DNA of 17,325 nt from Candidatus Poribacteria bacterium (GTDB taxonomy: Bacteria > Poribacteria > WGA-4E > UBA9662): the NCBI GenBank assembly GCA_046582655.1, contig JAYGDX010000150.1, positions 1-17,325 of the forward strand, written 5' to 3'. Below, one piece after another: positions 16,012 to 17,325 of the stretch; the stretch's first letter is position 1; the number at the start of each line of letters is the position of its first letter. A program made the position numbers and the translations under genes. The notes below the pieces were generated by a model. That model was not told the DNA's origin. It ran no database searches and saw only the letters and a program-made list of their open reading frames with translations.

Positions 16012-17058
16012 TTACCAACGTACTGCTACCTTGATGACCTCTTCTGGAGCATGATAGATTTTGCCGTATGTTTCTGGCAGTTCGTCCGGTGATACAATTG
16101 GATTAGGCAAACCATATGGGTGCAAATCGCTGGAAATGAATAGTTTAAGCAACGTTTCAACAATGCGCGATTCACTCCAGTAGAGTTCTCGCTGTGGGTG
16201 GCTGCAGGCGCGGGCTGATATGATATCGATCTGATTGAAATGGAATTCCTCACCAAGTTCCAATGCAGAGGAATCCCCAGTATACATGGCCAATGGCACT
16301 ACCTTTCCTGCATATCGCGTGGCACGAATTGCCTGGTTTAGTGCCGCATAGCTACCGCTAGCTTCTATGACGACATCTGCTCCGTCGGCGAACCATTGGC
16401 GTGAAGCCATGCCGAGATCATCGATTTCATTAGGATCAACAGCTTTAGTTGCACCATGTTGAAGGGCCAGTTTGCGACGAGTCTCAATTGGATCAACAGC
16501 AACCAAATCCACAGCTCCCGATAATCGTGCAAACTGTACGGCAAAGAGTCCAATCGCTCCCATACCGGAAACAATAACCCGTTCACCAATCCGAACATTT
16601 CCATCGCGAACCGCTGCCATGGCAAAATCGGCTGGATCAATACAACAAGCGGCTTCTGGTATCAATCCATCGGTTAATTGATTAAAATGACTACCTTGAT
16701 GCACGGATCTGAATCCGCCGTATGCATAAACTTTATCACCTTCTTTTAGGTGGCTAACGTCTGATCCAACCTCAATAACCGTTCCAACAGTTGTGTTACC
16801 GACAGCACGCCATTGTGTAGCATCATGGTCCCGTTTTTGTGAACGATCAAAAACTTTACCCTCCGTATAGGGGGCACTGGCATAAATTGCTTTGCCCAAC
16901 AATTCGGATTTTTCGGTGCCATGTTTGGCTGCTGTTAGCTCACTTTTTACACGAACCTCCTGAGAACCCAATTCACCGAGTTCATATGATTCCCAACGTG
17001 GCTGATATGCATTGTTGCAAACAAGTTGTCTGAGTTCGATTCCGCTAATATTCGACAT
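16012..17058 (-). CDS. MDR-superfamily (zinc-binding dehydrogenase-like) oxidoreductase
   Basis: GroES-like N-domain (VG.V.EVGSDV..LK.GD.V) and Rossmann motifs GMGAIG and GADVVIEASG. Confidence 0.88.
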   Translation of the reverse strand: MSNISGIELRQLVCNNAYQPRWESYELGELGSQEVRVKSELTAAKHGTEKSELLGKAIYASAPYTEGKVFDRSQKRDHDATQWRAVGNTTVGTVIEVGSDVSHLKEGDKVYAYGGFRSVHQGSHFNQLTDGLIPEAACCIDPADFAMAAVRDGNVRIGERVIVSGMGAIGLFAVQFARLSGAVDLVAVDPIETRRKLALQHGATKAVDPNEIDDLGMASRQWFADGADVVIEASGSYAALNQAIRATRYAGKVVPLAMYTGDSSALELGEEFHFNQIDIISARACSHPQRELYWSESRIVETLLKLFISSDLHPYGLPNPIVSPDELPETYGKIYHAPEEVIKVAVRW

Positions 17059-17133
17059 GTTTTCACTTACCTTTCAGAATTTGGAGCAGGTATCATGATA
17101 TGTGACCGGTGTTTTTAAATCAATATTTTAATA

Positions 17134-17252
17134 GACCTCTTGCATAAATAGTAAAATCTGCTATATTTCTAACTGAGAGACCGTTAAATTCTTTGGCATA
17201 TATGAACTCAAAAGCCTCTTCACTTCTGTCTCTTGGACTTATGCAAGAGGTC
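17134..17252. mobile_element. MITE (119 bp) with 14-bp terminal inverted repeats and 5-bp target duplication
   Basis: GACCTCTTGCATAA (17134-17147) / TTATGCAAGAGGTC (17239-17252), flanked by TAATA at 17129-17133 and 17253-17257. Confidence 0.75.
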
Positions 17253-17300
17253 TAATATCTGCCTATCTGTTTGGGTCTAATGAAATAAATTCGAAAAAAC

Positions 17301-17325
17301 TTGACAGAAAGTTTAATTGGCCATA
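17301..17325 (+). promoter_or_regulatory. Probable -35 box of a promoter for a gene beyond the window
   Basis: TTGACA at 17301-17306; TA begins exactly 17 nt later at the window edge. Confidence 0.4.

Noticed and set aside
5763..17033. Short shadow ORFs overlapping the host genes
   Set aside because: No motifs, and they lie largely within or opposite well-recognised CDSs.
1..17325. CRISPR array, tRNA or rRNA genes
   Set aside because: No regularly spaced repeats or recognisable structural RNA signatures were seen.

Overview
Bacterial chromosomal window. The C-terminal AVDP..K..TTWA.IK tail on the first ORF suggests Candidatus Poribacteria (inference). The main finding is at 678-4301: a 3624-bp, single-orientation, T/G-rich block that looks like a complete small rolling-circle replicon, linearised inside its own HUH rep gene. 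The right end stops at ...KSRLLQT and the left end resumes with FGSFIG...CPEC. Joining 4301 to 678 restores the frame (RLLQTFGSF) and creates a palindrome (CAAAC|GTTTG) centred on the break. The circle also carries an SSB-like ORF, three DNA-binding proteins (HTH, excisionase-like HTH, CGNR-type zinc finger), an unlisted 36-codon leader ORF coupled to rep, and a perfect 19-bp hairpin with a CTTGA loop. No integrase, capsid or relaxase is visible. The rest looks like host DNA: coaD, a GT-C glycosyltransferase, a methyltransferase, a decayed YceI-like gene, pirin, glutathionyl-hydroquinone reductase, a monoheme cytochrome c, a secreted protein, a 1587-aa membrane protein with internal repeats, an MDR dehydrogenase and a 119-bp MITE.
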